Origin: Acidobacteriota bacterium
GTDB taxonomy: Bacteria; Acidobacteriota; UBA6911; RPQK01; JAJDTT01
Assembly (NCBI GenBank): GCA_965263035.1
Contig: OZ253580.1
Span: forward strand, 3,168,001 to 3,232,000
Direction of reading: 5' to 3'
DNA length: 64,000 nt
How positions within the stretch are numbered: position 1 is the stretch's first letter; each line of letters begins with the position of its first letter. The position numbers and the translations under genes were made by a program. A model generated the notes under the pieces. It did not search any database and had not been told where the DNA came from. It worked only from the letters and a program-made list of their open reading frames with translations. This document shows positions 37,915 to 48,455 of the stretch, one piece after another.

Positions 37915-38023
37915 GTGTGGACCGGGCGCCAAAATTGGACAGGGTCCTGGATTATACTTTCTGCGCCCTGCTGAAGGCGCGGACTGGCGCTGGCCTTGGC
38001 GATTGGAACGGGACCGTCTACCC

Positions 38024-39565
38024 ATGCCTATTCTGCTGATTCTCCTGCTGATTGCCTTTTCCCATCCGCTCTCCGCCCAATCGGCGGAGCTCTTCTCCAC
38101 CGAGGGGTACGAGGTGCGGATGGAATTCTGGACCGGCATTTTCACCCGGTACGGGGAGGGAGAGTACGTTCTTCACGACAAGAGCGATTTGCGGCTGGTG
38201 TACCGCGTCGTCCAGACCGGAGAACGAACGGGGAGCGCCTCCAAACGCCGCCGGCGTCAGAAGTTGCGAAATGCCAAGGCGGAGTTGCAGAGACTTCTGA
38301 GGGACCTGGCCAGAAAAGATTCGAGCCGATGGAGCGCCAAACACCGGGAGGTCGCTGACGTCGTTCGAGCCGCCGGGTACTCTATTTCCTCCCAAACCCT
38401 GAAACGCCTTTCCGGGAACATCCGCCATCAACGGGGAATCCGGGAAAAGTTTCGTGCGGGTGTGATCCGCTCCGGCAAGTATATGAAGCGGATGCAGGAA
38501 ATCTTTCGCAGTGAGGGGCTCCCGGAAGAGCTGGCCTATCTTCCCCACGTGGAGTCCAGCTTCGACGATCGGGCCTATTCCCATCGGGGGGCGGCGGGCG
38601 TCTGGCAGTTCATGCGGTCGACGGGCCGCCTGTACATGAAGATCAATCGTTCGGTGGACGAGCGGCTCCACCCCATTCGGGCCACCGAAGCGGCCGCCCG
38701 GCTGCTCAAGGACAACTATCGGAGACTGGGGAACTGGCCCCTGGCGGTGACCGCCTACAACCAGGGATCCAATGGCATTGCGAGGGCCAAGCGGCGCCAT
38801 GGCTCCGACCTTCGAGTCATCATCAAACGCCATCGGTCCCGGACCTTCGGCTTCGCCGGCCAGAATTTCTACGCCGAGTTCCTGGCAGCCATCGAGATTG
38901 GCCAAAACCCGGAAAAGTACTTCGGCTCCATTCAACCGGACGAACCGGGAAGCTTTCCTTCCGTCCGCCTCCAGGCGAACCGGCGGGTGGGTCATCTGGT
39001 GACTCACTCCGGAGTGAAGACGGCAACGCTTCGCCGGCTCAACCCGCATATCCGGCGCAGAGTTTGGCGGAGCACGGGTGTCATTCCGTCGGGAGTGGCC
39101 CTCTATTTTCCTTCCGGCAAGCGGGAGCAGGTGACGGCGGCTCTCAGGTCGGCTCCACGAGTACAGCTCGCCCAGCGGAGAGAGGTGGGTCCGGGCGAGT
39201 ACCGCGTCCGGCGTGGGGATACGCTGAGCCGGATCGCCCGCCGGTTCGGGACTTCGGTGGCTGCTCTGAGAAGGAGCAACAGCATTCGGGGAACCCGCAT
39301 TATTGCCGGAGAGATTCTCACGGTTTCGAAGGCCAATACGAAGAGCCGTACCGTCGCCAAGGCCCAGAGCCGTACCCCTCCCAGAGCGCAACGCCGTACT
39401 GTTGCCAAGACGGACAGCCCGGAGGTCTACCGGGTCCGGCGTGGGGACAGCCTCTGGGTCATCGCCCGGAGATTCGGAGTTACGCCGAGCCAGCTCCAGC
39501 GAGCCAACGGCATCCGGCGCCGCGACCACATCCACCCGGGCCAGACCTTGCGCATCCCGAAGTAG
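38024..39565 (+). CDS. MltD-like lytic transglycosylase (SLT domain plus two LysM domains)
   Basis: Signal peptide; LPHVESSF, AAGVWQFM, AVTAYNQG; two YRVRRGD(T/S)L..IARRFG LysM repeats. Confidence 0.9.
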   Translation: MPILLILLLIAFSHPLSAQSAELFSTEGYEVRMEFWTGIFTRYGEGEYVLHDKSDLRLVYRVVQTGERTGSASKRRRRQKLRNAKAELQRLLRDLARKDSSRWSAKHREVADVVRAAGYSISSQTLKRLSGNIRHQRGIREKFRAGVIRSGKYMKRMQEIFRSEGLPEELAYLPHVESSFDDRAYSHRGAAGVWQFMRSTGRLYMKINRSVDERLHPIRATEAAARLLKDNYRRLGNWPLAVTAYNQGSNGIARAKRRHGSDLRVIIKRHRSRTFGFAGQNFYAEFLAAIEIGQNPEKYFGSIQPDEPGSFPSVRLQANRRVGHLVTHSGVKTATLRRLNPHIRRRVWRSTGVIPSGVALYFPSGKREQVTAALRSAPRVQLAQRREVGPGEYRVRRGDTLSRIARRFGTSVAALRRSNSIRGTRIIAGEILTVSKANTKSRTVAKAQSRTPPRAQRRTVAKTDSPEVYRVRRGDSLWVIARRFGVTPSQLQRANGIRRRDHIHPGQTLRIPK

Positions 39566-39599
39566 GTTCCGGGGCACTCGGCCAACCCAACGCCCCCAT

Positions 39600-42239
39600 T
39601 CAGCACGCGGCGCCGATCTCCTCCCGATCCGACTCGTGCTTGAAGACCGGTTCCCCCCCTTCAGGGTCCGCTTCCGCCAGAATGCGGGCGCCGTCGGTCA
39701 AGGTGCCGGAGACGATGAGCCGTGCCAGGGGATTCTCGATCCGCCTCTGGATGGCCCGCTTCAGCGGGCGGGCTCCATAGACGGGATCGTAGCCTTCCCG
39801 CACCAGTTGTATCCGGACCCTGTCGCTCAGCTCCAATGTCATCCGGCGCTCCTTCAGGCGCTGCCGCAAGAGGTCCAGCTGAATCTCGACGATCTGTTTC
39901 AGATGATCCTGAGACAGAGCGTGGAAGACGATCTGGTCGTCGATCCGGTTCAGGAACTCGGGACGGAAATGCTGGGCCAGTTTCCGGATCACGGCCTGCT
40001 TCATCCGCTCGAATTCGGCTCCGCCAAAGGCTCCCCGGCAATCCAGGATGTCGGTGCTGCCCAGGTTGGAGGTCATGATGATGATGCAGTTCTTGAAATC
40101 AACCGTCCTGCCCTTGCCGTCGGTCAGGCGGCCGTCGTCCAGGATCTGGAGCAGGAGGTTGAAAATATCGAAGTGAGCCTTCTCGATCTCGTCAAAGAGG
40201 AGCACCGAGTAGGGTTTTCGCCGCACCGCCTCGCTCAGCTGTCCCCCCTCCTCGTGTCCCACGTATCCGGGAGGGGCGCCGATCAGCCGGGCCACCGTGT
40301 GCTTCTCCTGGTATTCGGACATGTCGATTCGGATCATGGCCTGCTCATCGTCGAAGAGAGCCTCGGCCAGAGCCCGGCCCAGCTCGGTTTTTCCGACTCC
40401 CGTCGGACCCAGGAAGAGGAAGCTGCCGATGGGGCGGGCGGGGTCCTTGAGACCGGCTCGGGAACGGATGACGGCTTCGGTGACGGCTCGTATCGCCTCG
40501 TCCTGACCGACGACTCTCCGATGGAGCGTCTCATCCAGATTCAAGAGACGCTCCATTTCGCCCTCCATGAGCCTGGAGACCGGGATGCCGGTCCAACCGC
40601 TGACCACGTCGGCAATGTCTTCCTCTCCCACGTCCTCCTTCAATAGAGGCGCCGTTCCCTGCTTGCGGCCCAGCCTCTGCTGTTCCGCTTGCAGCTTCCG
40701 TTCCAGGGAAGCCAGAGTCCCGTACTTGAGCTCGGCTGCCCGATTCAGGTCGTATTCGCGCTCCGAGCGTTCGATCTGGATCTTGGTCTCCTCGATCTGC
40801 TCTCTGAGAGTTCTCAGTTGCCGGACTCCCTGCTGTTCGGACTGCCATTGCGCCATGAGCGCCGCGGCCCTGTCCCGTTCCTCGGCCAAGTCCTTCTCGA
40901 TCCGGTCCAGCCGAGCCCGGGAGCCCTTGTCCTTCTCCTTGCGCAGTGCCTCCCTTTCGATCTCCAGTTGCATCACCCGCCGTTGGGTCTCGTCCAGCTC
41001 GGTGGGCATGGAATCCATCTCGGTCCGCAGCTTGGCTGCGGCTTCATCCATCAGGTCGATGGCCTTGTCGGGCAGAAAACGATCCGGAATGTAGCGGTTC
41101 GACAGGACGGCCGCCGCCACCAGAGCCGCGTCCCTGATGTGGACGCCGTGGTGGACCTCGTAGCGTTCCTTCAGACCTCTCAAGATCGAAATGGTGTCCT
41201 CGACCGAAGGCTGGTCCACCAGGACCGGCTGGAATCGCCGCTCCAGAGCACTGTCCTTTTCCACGTGTTTCCGGTATTCGTCCACGGTGGTGGCGCCGAT
41301 GCAATGGAGCTCGCCCCGGGCCAACATGGGCTTGAGCAGGTTGCCCGCATCCATGGCCCCTTCGACCCGGCCTGCGCCCACCACGGTGTGAAGCTCGTCG
41401 ATGAAGAGGATGACTTCGCCTTGCTGTTCCTGGACCGCCTTCAGAACCGCCTTGAGGCGCTCCTCGAACTCGCCCCGATACTTGGCGCCGGCGATCAGGG
41501 ATCCCAGGTCCAGAGAGACGACTCGGCACCGTTTCAGGCCCTCGGGCACGTCGCCCCGGACGATGCGCTGGGCCAGGCCTTCCGCGATGGCCGTCTTGCC
41601 GACGCCCGGATCGCCGATCAGGACCGGGTTGTTCTTGGTTCTCCGGGACAGGACCTGCATCAGGCGGCGAATTTCGTAGTCTCTTCCGATGACCGGGTCG
41701 AGCTTCCCCGCGGTGGCCAGTTGGGTCAGGTCCCGGCCGTACCGCTCCAGGGCCTCGTACGTCGCCTCGGGATGGGGAGAGGTCACTCGCTGGCTCCCGC
41801 GAACTTCCCGAAGGGTTTGCATCAGGCGTACCCGGTTGATTCCCTGCGCCCGCAGGAGGCGTCCGGCAGCGTCTGTGTCCGCCACCATCGCCAGCAACAG
41901 GTGTTCGACGGAAACGTACTCGTCCTTGAGCTGCTTCGCTTCCTCCTGAGCTCTGCCCAGGAGCTGCGTCAAGCGCCGGGTGGCGTAAACCTGGTCGGCC
42001 GCTGCGGCGGGGCCGCTCACATTGGCGCGGCTCTGCAAATCCTGCTGCAGCCTCTGGTTCAGTTGGCCGGGGTCCACGTCCGTTTTGTTCAAAACGGATG
42101 CCGCCAGCCCTTGCTCCTGCTCCAGCAGTCCGACCAGAAGATGCTCCACATCCACCTGTTGGTGACCGAGGCTCCTGGCCACCGCCTCAGCCCGGTTCAG
42201 GCCTTCGCGAACACTTTCGGTCACACGATTCAGGTCCAT
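39600..42239 (-). CDS. clpB: ATP-dependent chaperone ClpB
   Basis: Two AAA modules ([16 protein letters not shown]), long middle coiled coil with [11 protein letters not shown]. Start ATG 42239 after GGAGG. Confidence 0.97.
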   Translation of the reverse strand: MDLNRVTESVREGLNRAEAVARSLGHQQVDVEHLLVGLLEQEQGLAASVLNKTDVDPGQLNQRLQQDLQSRANVSGPAAAADQVYATRRLTQLLGRAQEEAKQLKDEYVSVEHLLLAMVADTDAAGRLLRAQGINRVRLMQTLREVRGSQRVTSPHPEATYEALERYGRDLTQLATAGKLDPVIGRDYEIRRLMQVLSRRTKNNPVLIGDPGVGKTAIAEGLAQRIVRGDVPEGLKRCRVVSLDLGSLIAGAKYRGEFEERLKAVLKAVQEQQGEVILFIDELHTVVGAGRVEGAMDAGNLLKPMLARGELHCIGATTVDEYRKHVEKDSALERRFQPVLVDQPSVEDTISILRGLKERYEVHHGVHIRDAALVAAAVLSNRYIPDRFLPDKAIDLMDEAAAKLRTEMDSMPTELDETQRRVMQLEIEREALRKEKDKGSRARLDRIEKDLAEERDRAAALMAQWQSEQQGVRQLRTLREQIEETKIQIERSEREYDLNRAAELKYGTLASLERKLQAEQQRLGRKQGTAPLLKEDVGEEDIADVVSGWTGIPVSRLMEGEMERLLNLDETLHRRVVGQDEAIRAVTEAVIRSRAGLKDPARPIGSFLFLGPTGVGKTELGRALAEALFDDEQAMIRIDMSEYQEKHTVARLIGAPPGYVGHEEGGQLSEAVRRKPYSVLLFDEIEKAHFDIFNLLLQILDDGRLTDGKGRTVDFKNCIIIMTSNLGSTDILDCRGAFGGAEFERMKQAVIRKLAQHFRPEFLNRIDDQIVFHALSQDHLKQIVEIQLDLLRQRLKERRMTLELSDRVRIQLVREGYDPVYGARPLKRAIQRRIENPLARLIVSGTLTDGARILAEADPEGGEPVFKHESDREEIGAAC

Positions 42240-42447
42240 GATCTGTTCCTCCGCCGTCCGGTCTATCCCCTTATAGGATCGGGCCGTAAGCATCGCAAGG
42301 ATTCACGGACCGTGGTTCAAATTCGGTTCTCCGGCGCCGTCGGACGATGGATCCACCGTTGAGATCCATGGCTGCCCCCCGGTTTCTCGCACCCGCTCGC
42401 CGTAGTAGACTGCGCCTGTTCTACGGGACTGTGGAGCGAGGCACGAT

Positions 42448-43068
42448 ATGGCGGATAAGGACCGGGAAGGAAAATTTCAGATCACCGACCGGCGCAGCTG
42501 GCTCGAAGATGAGTCGGTCATCGATCAGTCGCGGATTCCGGAGACGCGGTATCCCTCTTACGTTGAGGAATTGAAGGCTCGAACCGAGCTGGCCGAACAG
42601 AAGCTGAAGCAGAGGCTCGAACAGCTCGAGTCCGAGAACGACGCGCTTCGCCAGCGCCTCGAACGGACCCTGGAACAGCGCCTGGACCGGTTCAAGATGG
42701 ATCTTCTGCTCCGATTTCTGGAGGTGGCGGACAATCTGGAGCGGGCGTTGGAGGCGGCAGAGAGCGGGTCCGACCTGCAAGAGCTCCGAAAGGGTGTGGA
42801 GTTGAATCTCCGGCTCTTCCTGGATCGGCTCAGGGAAGCCGGGATCGAGCCCATCGAGGTGTTGAACCAGCCCTTCGATCCCCATCAGACGGAGGCGGTG
42901 GGACTCATTCCGGTCACCGATCCCAAGCAGGATCAACGAGTCGTCGAGGTGCTTCAGAGAGGTTATCTGTACGGAGACCGGCTCTTGCGTCCCGCGAGAG
43001 CTCGAGTCGGCCGGCTGGTCGACACCGAATCCGGCGGAGAGTCCGATTCCGGCGCCAAACCGGAGTGA
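42448..43068 (+). CDS. grpE: Nucleotide exchange factor GrpE
   Basis: FLEVADNLERAL, FDPHQTEAV, VLQRGYLYGDRLLRPARARV. Confidence 0.9.
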   Translation: MADKDREGKFQITDRRSWLEDESVIDQSRIPETRYPSYVEELKARTELAEQKLKQRLEQLESENDALRQRLERTLEQRLDRFKMDLLLRFLEVADNLERALEAAESGSDLQELRKGVELNLRLFLDRLREAGIEPIEVLNQPFDPHQTEAVGLIPVTDPKQDQRVVEVLQRGYLYGDRLLRPARARVGRLVDTESGGESDSGAKPE

Positions 43069-43098
43069 CGGTCTCGCGGGAATACTGCGGGACCGGAG

Positions 43099-43635
43099 TC
43101 AATGGGCAATTCTTGCCTGCTGCCGCAGCCGTTGGGTAGCCACTCCCTTGAAGGCGTGGCAGAGAGCGACGGCCAGGGCGTCGGCCGCGTCATTCGGCTG
43201 GGGAGATTCCTCGAGCTTGAGCAGGATCCGGACCATGGCCTGAATCTCTTCCTTGGTCGCCCGCCCGGATACTGAGATCGACTTCTTGACCTCCCGCGGA
43301 GAGTATTCGAACAGCGGAATCTCCAGTTCGGCGGCGGCCAACAGGACCACGCCCCGGGCGTGCCCCAACTGGAGAGCGCTGCGGGCATTGACCGCATGGA
43401 ACACGGATTCCACGGCCACCACGGCTGGAGTGTGACGGCGGAGTACGCTCCGAAGCTCTTGGTAGATCTTCTTGAGGCGTTGCTCGAACGGGGTCTCGAG
43501 CCGGCGGTTATAACAGCGGATCGCTCCGTACTCGAGGCAACGACAGTGATTTCCGAGGACCGAGATGATCCCGTAGCCGGTGATGCGGCTACCCGGGTCG
43601 ATGCCCATGACGACGGTGGGGGAAGGAGGACCCAT
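43099..43635 (-). CDS. ruvC: Crossover junction endodeoxyribonuclease RuvC
   Basis: 3' part of ORF 43099..43995: MGIDPGSRITGYG, AVESVF, LGHARG, DAADALAVALCH. Confidence 0.95.
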   Translation of the reverse strand: MGPPSPTVVMGIDPGSRITGYGIISVLGNHCRCLEYGAIRCYNRRLETPFEQRLKKIYQELRSVLRRHTPAVVAVESVFHAVNARSALQLGHARGVVLLAAAELEIPLFEYSPREVKKSISVSGRATKEEIQAMVRILLKLEESPQPNDAADALAVALCHAFKGVATQRLRQQARIAH

Positions 43636-44387
43636 CAGGTCTTGAGAAGTGCCTCCATTTCCTGCTCGTCGATGTCGAAGTTGGCGTAGACATTCTGGAC
43701 GTCGTCGTGGTCCTCGAGGGCATCCATCAGCTTCAGCATTTTTCCCGCCATCTTGCCTGCCACCCTGAGGGAATTCTGAGGAAGCATGGTGATCTGACTC
43801 GATTCCGTGGGGATGTTGGACGCTTCCAGCTCCTGCCGCACCTGCTCGAAGTATTCGAAGGGGGTGTAGACGGCCAGGGTGTCGCCCTCGGTCTGGAGAT
43901 CGTCGGCCCCGGCGTCCAGCACGACCTCCATGAGAGTTTCTTCCGAAACCGAGTCGCTGGGAACACCGAAGTATCCCTTCTTCTCGAACATCCATAGAAC
44001 ACTGCCCGTCTCTCCCAGATTCCCGCCGTTCTTGGAAAAGATGTAACGGATCTCGGCCACGGTCCGATTCCTGTTGTCGGTCAGGGTCTCGACCAGAACC
44101 GCCACGCCACCGGGGCCGTAGCCCTCGTAGGTCACGGCGTAGAAGTTCTGACCCGGGAGTTCTCCCGTCCCTTTCATGACGGCTCGTTCGATGTTGCCGA
44201 GAGGCATATTGGCCGCTTTGGCCGTCTGAATGGCGGAGCGCAGCCGCGGATTGGCGTCCGGATCACCGCCGCCCGAACGGGCCGCCACGGTGATTTCCTG
44301 GATCATCTTGCTGAATATCTTGCCCCGTTTGGCATCCACTACGGCCTTCTTGTGCCGTATTGAGTGCCACTTGGAATGTCCTGACAT
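43635..44387 (-). CDS. yebC: YebC/PmpR family protein
   Basis: MSGHSKW, YEGYGPGGVA, TDNRNRT, DDVQNVYAN. Confidence 0.97.
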   Translation of the reverse strand: MSGHSKWHSIRHKKAVVDAKRGKIFSKMIQEITVAARSGGGDPDANPRLRSAIQTAKAANMPLGNIERAVMKGTGELPGQNFYAVTYEGYGPGGVAVLVETLTDNRNRTVAEIRYIFSKNGGNLGETGSVLWMFEKKGYFGVPSDSVSEETLMEVVLDAGADDLQTEGDTLAVYTPFEYFEQVRQELEASNIPTESSQITMLPQNSLRVAGKMAGKMLKLMDALEDHDDVQNVYANFDIDEQEMEALLKT

Positions 44388-44459
44388 GAACGGATCTCCT
44401 AGTCGTAATTAGCAGCTATTGTAACATGGCGTCCCTGTGGGCCAGAGTCCGGGGCCTGG

Positions 44460-44618
44460 GAGCCTGCGCCGCAGAAATTGAGCTACTGCGAAAGCGGTAG
44501 AATCGGTCCATATTTCCCCGATTTCTCGGCGAATAGAACAACTATGCACCTCCAAATCGAGAAAAACCGGCCTCGATTCCCCACTTTCTCGCTACGATCA
44601 TTTCTACCGCGCAGACTC
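44460..44618. mobile_element. MITE-like element, family B, copy 1 (159 bp)
   Basis: TIRs GAGCCTGCGCCGCAGAAAT and GAGTCTGCGCGGTAGAAAT (16/19), flanked by CTGG direct repeats. Nearly identical to 58033-58191. Confidence 0.85.
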
Positions 44619-44647
44619 CTGGGTCCTACCTTGGGGGGCGGGAGGTT

Positions 44648-45388
44648 TTGACCAAGTATCGTTTTGTGGTCCAGTATCGTTCCGATGGTTTCTCCGGGTG
44701 GCAGGTCCAGAAGGACCGTCCTACGATCGGTGGGACCATCGAAGCCGCGTTAGCCCGGATCACGGGTGAAACTCCCTCCGTCGTGGGCGCCGGAAGAACC
44801 GACTCCGGGGTGCATGCTCTGGGCCAGGTGGCCCACTTCAGGCTCCAGAGATCATGGCCCGTCGACCGCTTGCTGAAATCTCTCAACGGCGTTCTCCCCT
44901 CTCAGATTCGGGTGCTCCGGTTGAGCGTGGCCTCCGACTCCTTTCATGCTCAGAAGGACGCCCAACGGAAACGCTACATCTATCGCGTCTACAACGGACC
45001 CATCCTCTCTCCCTTTCTGGAGGGCAGGGTGCAACAGGTATATCGGCCCCTCTCGCTGGAGGCGATGCAGCAGGCGTCGGCACTGATCGTCGGTACCCAC
45101 GATTTCACCGGTTTCACGGCCTCGGCGTCCCAGGTCAGGAACCGCGTGCGAACCGTTTTCGTTTCCCGTTGGCAGAAGAAGGGAAGGCACTTTTCCTATC
45201 GGATCGAGGGTGAGGGCTTTCTCCATCACATGGTCCGCAACCTGGTGGGCACCATGCTCCAGATCGGACTCAAACGGAGGCCTGCCCAGGATATGATCAT
45301 GATTCTGGAATCCCGGGACCGCCGCCTGGCGGGGCCGACGGCTCCCGCGCGTGGCCTGTTCCTGGCGCAAGTGTGGTACCGGAATTGA
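44648..45388 (+). CDS. truA: tRNA pseudouridine(38-40) synthase TruA
   Basis: FSGWQVQ, GAGRTDSGVHALGQ, GTHDF, FLHHMVR, TAPARGL. Confidence 0.96.
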   Translation: MTKYRFVVQYRSDGFSGWQVQKDRPTIGGTIEAALARITGETPSVVGAGRTDSGVHALGQVAHFRLQRSWPVDRLLKSLNGVLPSQIRVLRLSVASDSFHAQKDAQRKRYIYRVYNGPILSPFLEGRVQQVYRPLSLEAMQQASALIVGTHDFTGFTASASQVRNRVRTVFVSRWQKKGRHFSYRIEGEGFLHHMVRNLVGTMLQIGLKRRPAQDMIMILESRDRRLAGPTAPARGLFLAQVWYRN

Positions 45389-45453
45389 ATGTTCCGGCAA
45401 CCGCCCGGCCCATCCGGACGGGCTCCGACTTGTGATAGATTTACACCACCGCA

Positions 45454-46245
45454 ATGACTCCCCCCTTTGAGGATTTCACCGGTATCGTGGAACCTGGAGG
45501 CTTGGACGCCCGGTTGCTGGCGCAGCTCGATCCCCACAAGTTACCGCGGCACGTGGCCATCATCATGGATGGAAACGGGCGCTGGGCCCGGCAGCGGGGC
45601 CTGCCCCGGGTCGAGGGCCACACCGCCGGCATCAAGGCGGTTCGGGCCACGGTCGAGACCAGTGCCCGCCTCAAGATTTCGGTCCTGACCCTCTACGCCT
45701 TTTCGGTGGAGAATTGGAAGCGGCCCCTGAGCGAAGTCAATACCCTGATGGAGCTCTTGAAGGAGTATCTGCGGAAGGAGTTGCCGGAAATCCAGGAAAA
45801 CGACATCCGCTTCCATACCATTGGGCGGATCCACGAGCTGCCCCGCTCGGTCCGGAGGGAGTTGCGGCACGTGGAGCAGGAGACCCGATTCAACCGGGGG
45901 ATGAAAATGGTTCTGGCGCTGAATTACAGTGGCCGGGCCGAACTGGTGGACGCCTTCAACTCGCTGCTCCTGCAGGGCAGAACCCGGAGGGTAAGTGAGA
46001 CGGAGGTGCAGCGGAGCCTCTATACCGGCGATCTTCCCGATCCGGATCTGTTGATCCGCACCAGTGGAGAGATGCGAATCAGCAACTTCCTGCTCTGGCA
46101 GATCGCTTATTCCGAGATCTACGTCACCGACGTACTCTGGCCCGACTTCCGATCCCATCACCTGCTGGAGTCGATTCTGGCCTACCAGAAACGGGAGCGC
46201 CGGTACGGGGGGATCCGATCCCGTTCTCTGCAAGGCGCCAGATGA
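45454..46245 (+). CDS. uppS: Isoprenyl (undecaprenyl) diphosphate synthase
   Basis: HVAIIMDGNGRWA, YAFSVENWKRP, PDLLIRTSGEMRISNFLLWQ. Confidence 0.97.
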   Translation: MTPPFEDFTGIVEPGGLDARLLAQLDPHKLPRHVAIIMDGNGRWARQRGLPRVEGHTAGIKAVRATVETSARLKISVLTLYAFSVENWKRPLSEVNTLMELLKEYLRKELPEIQENDIRFHTIGRIHELPRSVRRELRHVEQETRFNRGMKMVLALNYSGRAELVDAFNSLLLQGRTRRVSETEVQRSLYTGDLPDPDLLIRTSGEMRISNFLLWQIAYSEIYVTDVLWPDFRSHHLLESILAYQKRERRYGGIRSRSLQGAR

Positions 46246-47021
46246 TCCTCCGCACCCTGAGCGTCGTCGTGCTGGCGCCGCTCGTCCTCCTGATCGTGGT
46301 TCTGGCTCCCGCCTGGTTGTTCCTGGCGTTCCTGGATCTGGTCCTCCTGATCGCAATCCTGGAGCTGTTCCAGCTCCTGGCGCCCTTGGGAGTGAGGAAC
46401 TCCGTTCCGGCGATCGTCGTGTGCCTGTTGCTTCCCTGGGTGTGGAATCAGGGAGGAGGCGCGGTAGTGGCATACGTGCTGGGGGCCTGCCTCTGCCTGC
46501 TCGCCGCGCATCTATATCGGGTCGTCAACCACCGAGACGCCCTGGCATCGGCTTCGGCCAGCCTCATGGCGCTCTTGTATCTGGGTCTACCCGTGTCGCT
46601 GCTGGCCGGGTACCGGACCAGATCCGACGAGCTGCTCATGATACTGGCCATCGTCTGGTCCTGCGATATAGTGGCTTATCTGGTCGGGACGCGTTGGGGG
46701 CGTCGCCGCATCACTCCGCGCCTGAGTCCGGCGAAGTCCCTGGAGGGATTTGCCGCCGGTCTCGCCGCCGCGCTGGCGGCGGCTCTGATTGTGGGGTACG
46801 GCCTGCTCGGCCGTTCCGATTGGGGACTGCTGTCGTTGCTGGGCGTCCTGGTGGGGTTGGCAGCCATCCTGGGGGACCTCTTCGAATCTCTCCTCAAGCG
46901 GGCCGTCGCGGCCAAGGACAGCGGCTCTTTGATTCCCGGACACGGGGGGCTGTTGGACCGGATCGACAGTCTGCTCTTCGCTTTCCCCGTCCATCATTGC
47001 CTGTCTTTTCTGCTAGGATGA
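46242..47021 (+). CDS. cdsA: Phosphatidate cytidylyltransferase
   Basis: LSPAKSLEG, GDLFESLLKR...KDSGSLIPGHGGLLDRIDS. Confidence 0.95.
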   Translation: MILRTLSVVVLAPLVLLIVVLAPAWLFLAFLDLVLLIAILELFQLLAPLGVRNSVPAIVVCLLLPWVWNQGGGAVVAYVLGACLCLLAAHLYRVVNHRDALASASASLMALLYLGLPVSLLAGYRTRSDELLMILAIVWSCDIVAYLVGTRWGRRRITPRLSPAKSLEGFAAGLAAALAAALIVGYGLLGRSDWGLLSLLGVLVGLAAILGDLFESLLKRAVAAKDSGSLIPGHGGLLDRIDSLLFAFPVHHCLSFLLG

Positions 47022-47154
47022 TGCGCTGAGGCGGCTATCTTGGGCATTTCTTCGCGCTTGACAGCCCGCATCGATTTTCGCCCTGGACTGTTTTTCGTGG
47101 CCTGGAATCTTCAGCGCCGCGCTTGATCTACCGTCTGACGTATCCCGGACGAAG

Positions 47155-48306
47155 ATGAAAAAAATATCGATTCTGGGCTCTACGGGATCCGTTGGACGCA
47201 GCACCTTGAGTCTGGTCGGCCTGAATCCGGATCGGTTCCGGGTCGTGGGTCTGGCGGCGCGAAGAAACGCCGGTCGACTCCTTGAACAGGCCCGCAGATA
47301 CTCTCCGCTCGCGGTCGCCCTCCATGATCGGGAAAAGGCGGCCTGGCTCCGCCAGCGACTTCCCGGGACCCCGGTATTGGAGGGACAGGAGGGAGTATCC
47401 AGGCTTGCCGGCGAGTTTGATGCGGATATGATCGTGGCTGCCATCACCGGTGCGGCGGGTCTGGTTCCCACGCTGTCCGCCATCCTGGGAGGCCGAGACG
47501 TGGCTCTGGCCAACAAGGAGACGTTGGTGATGGCGGGAGAGTTGGTGATGCGGGAGGCGCGGGAGGCGCAGGTCCGTCTGTTGCCCGTCGACAGCGAGCA
47601 CAGCGCCATTCATCAGTGTCTACACGGAGAGAAGAGGGCCCAGATCAAACGGATCCTCCTGACCGCATCCGGCGGTCCTTTTTTCCGAAAATCCCTCCGG
47701 GAGCTTGGCGAGGTGACTGTACAGGAAGCCTTGAACCATCCGACCTGGAAGATGGGCCCCAAGATCACGGTGGATTCGGCCACACTCATGAACAAGGGAC
47801 TGGAGGTCATCGAGGCCCACCATCTGTTCGGCCTGCGGCCGGAGCAGGTGGAAATCGTGATCCATCCCCAATCCATGGTTCACTCCATGGTGGAGTTCGT
47901 GGACGGGGCCATCATGGCCCAATTGGGAATCACCGACATGCGGCTCCCGGTCGGTTATGCTCTGAGCTACCCGGACCGTTGCAATCTGCCGGTCCCGTCC
48001 CTGGATCTCTTCGCCTTGCCGCCGTTGGAATTCCATCCGCCGGACCCCGTAAAATTTCCCTGCCTGGGTTTGGCGGAAGCGGCGCTGCAACAGGGACGGA
48101 CCTACCCTGCGGCCCTCAATGCCGCCAACGAAGTGGCCGTCGGACTCTTTCTGGAGGGACGAATTCCTTTTCTGGACATCCCCGCCGTTATCGAGGGAGT
48201 CCTGGACCGCCACCGGCCGCGAGATCCTGAATCTCTGGAAGTCGTGCTGGAGGTGGACCGGAGGTCGCGCCGGGAGGCCCACGATCTGGCCGCGACCAGG
48301 ATGTGA
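47155..48306 (+). CDS. dxr: 1-deoxy-D-xylulose-5-phosphate reductoisomerase
   Basis: LGSTGSVG, LANKE, LPVDSEHSA, HPTWKMGPKITVDSATLMNKGLE. Confidence 0.98.
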   Translation: MKKISILGSTGSVGRSTLSLVGLNPDRFRVVGLAARRNAGRLLEQARRYSPLAVALHDREKAAWLRQRLPGTPVLEGQEGVSRLAGEFDADMIVAAITGAAGLVPTLSAILGGRDVALANKETLVMAGELVMREAREAQVRLLPVDSEHSAIHQCLHGEKRAQIKRILLTASGGPFFRKSLRELGEVTVQEALNHPTWKMGPKITVDSATLMNKGLEVIEAHHLFGLRPEQVEIVIHPQSMVHSMVEFVDGAIMAQLGITDMRLPVGYALSYPDRCNLPVPSLDLFALPPLEFHPPDPVKFPCLGLAEAALQQGRTYPAALNAANEVAVGLFLEGRIPFLDIPAVIEGVLDRHRPRDPESLEVVLEVDRRSRREAHDLAATRM

Positions 48307-48455
48307 CTGTCCCGGGGCGAGAACGGGGAACCCGGGCGGGTCGAGACACGTTTGAGGATTTGAGAGTTGGAGCGGATGTCTTTGACGGTTGAGACAGGCG
48401 GTCGCGGGGACACCGATTTCCGTCCCCGGAGCCCAGTCAGAAAGGCGAGAATCCT

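Noticed and set aside
39343-39414. Degenerate 24-bp triple repeat in the mltD-like gene
   Set aside because: An ordinary low-complexity linker between LysM domains.
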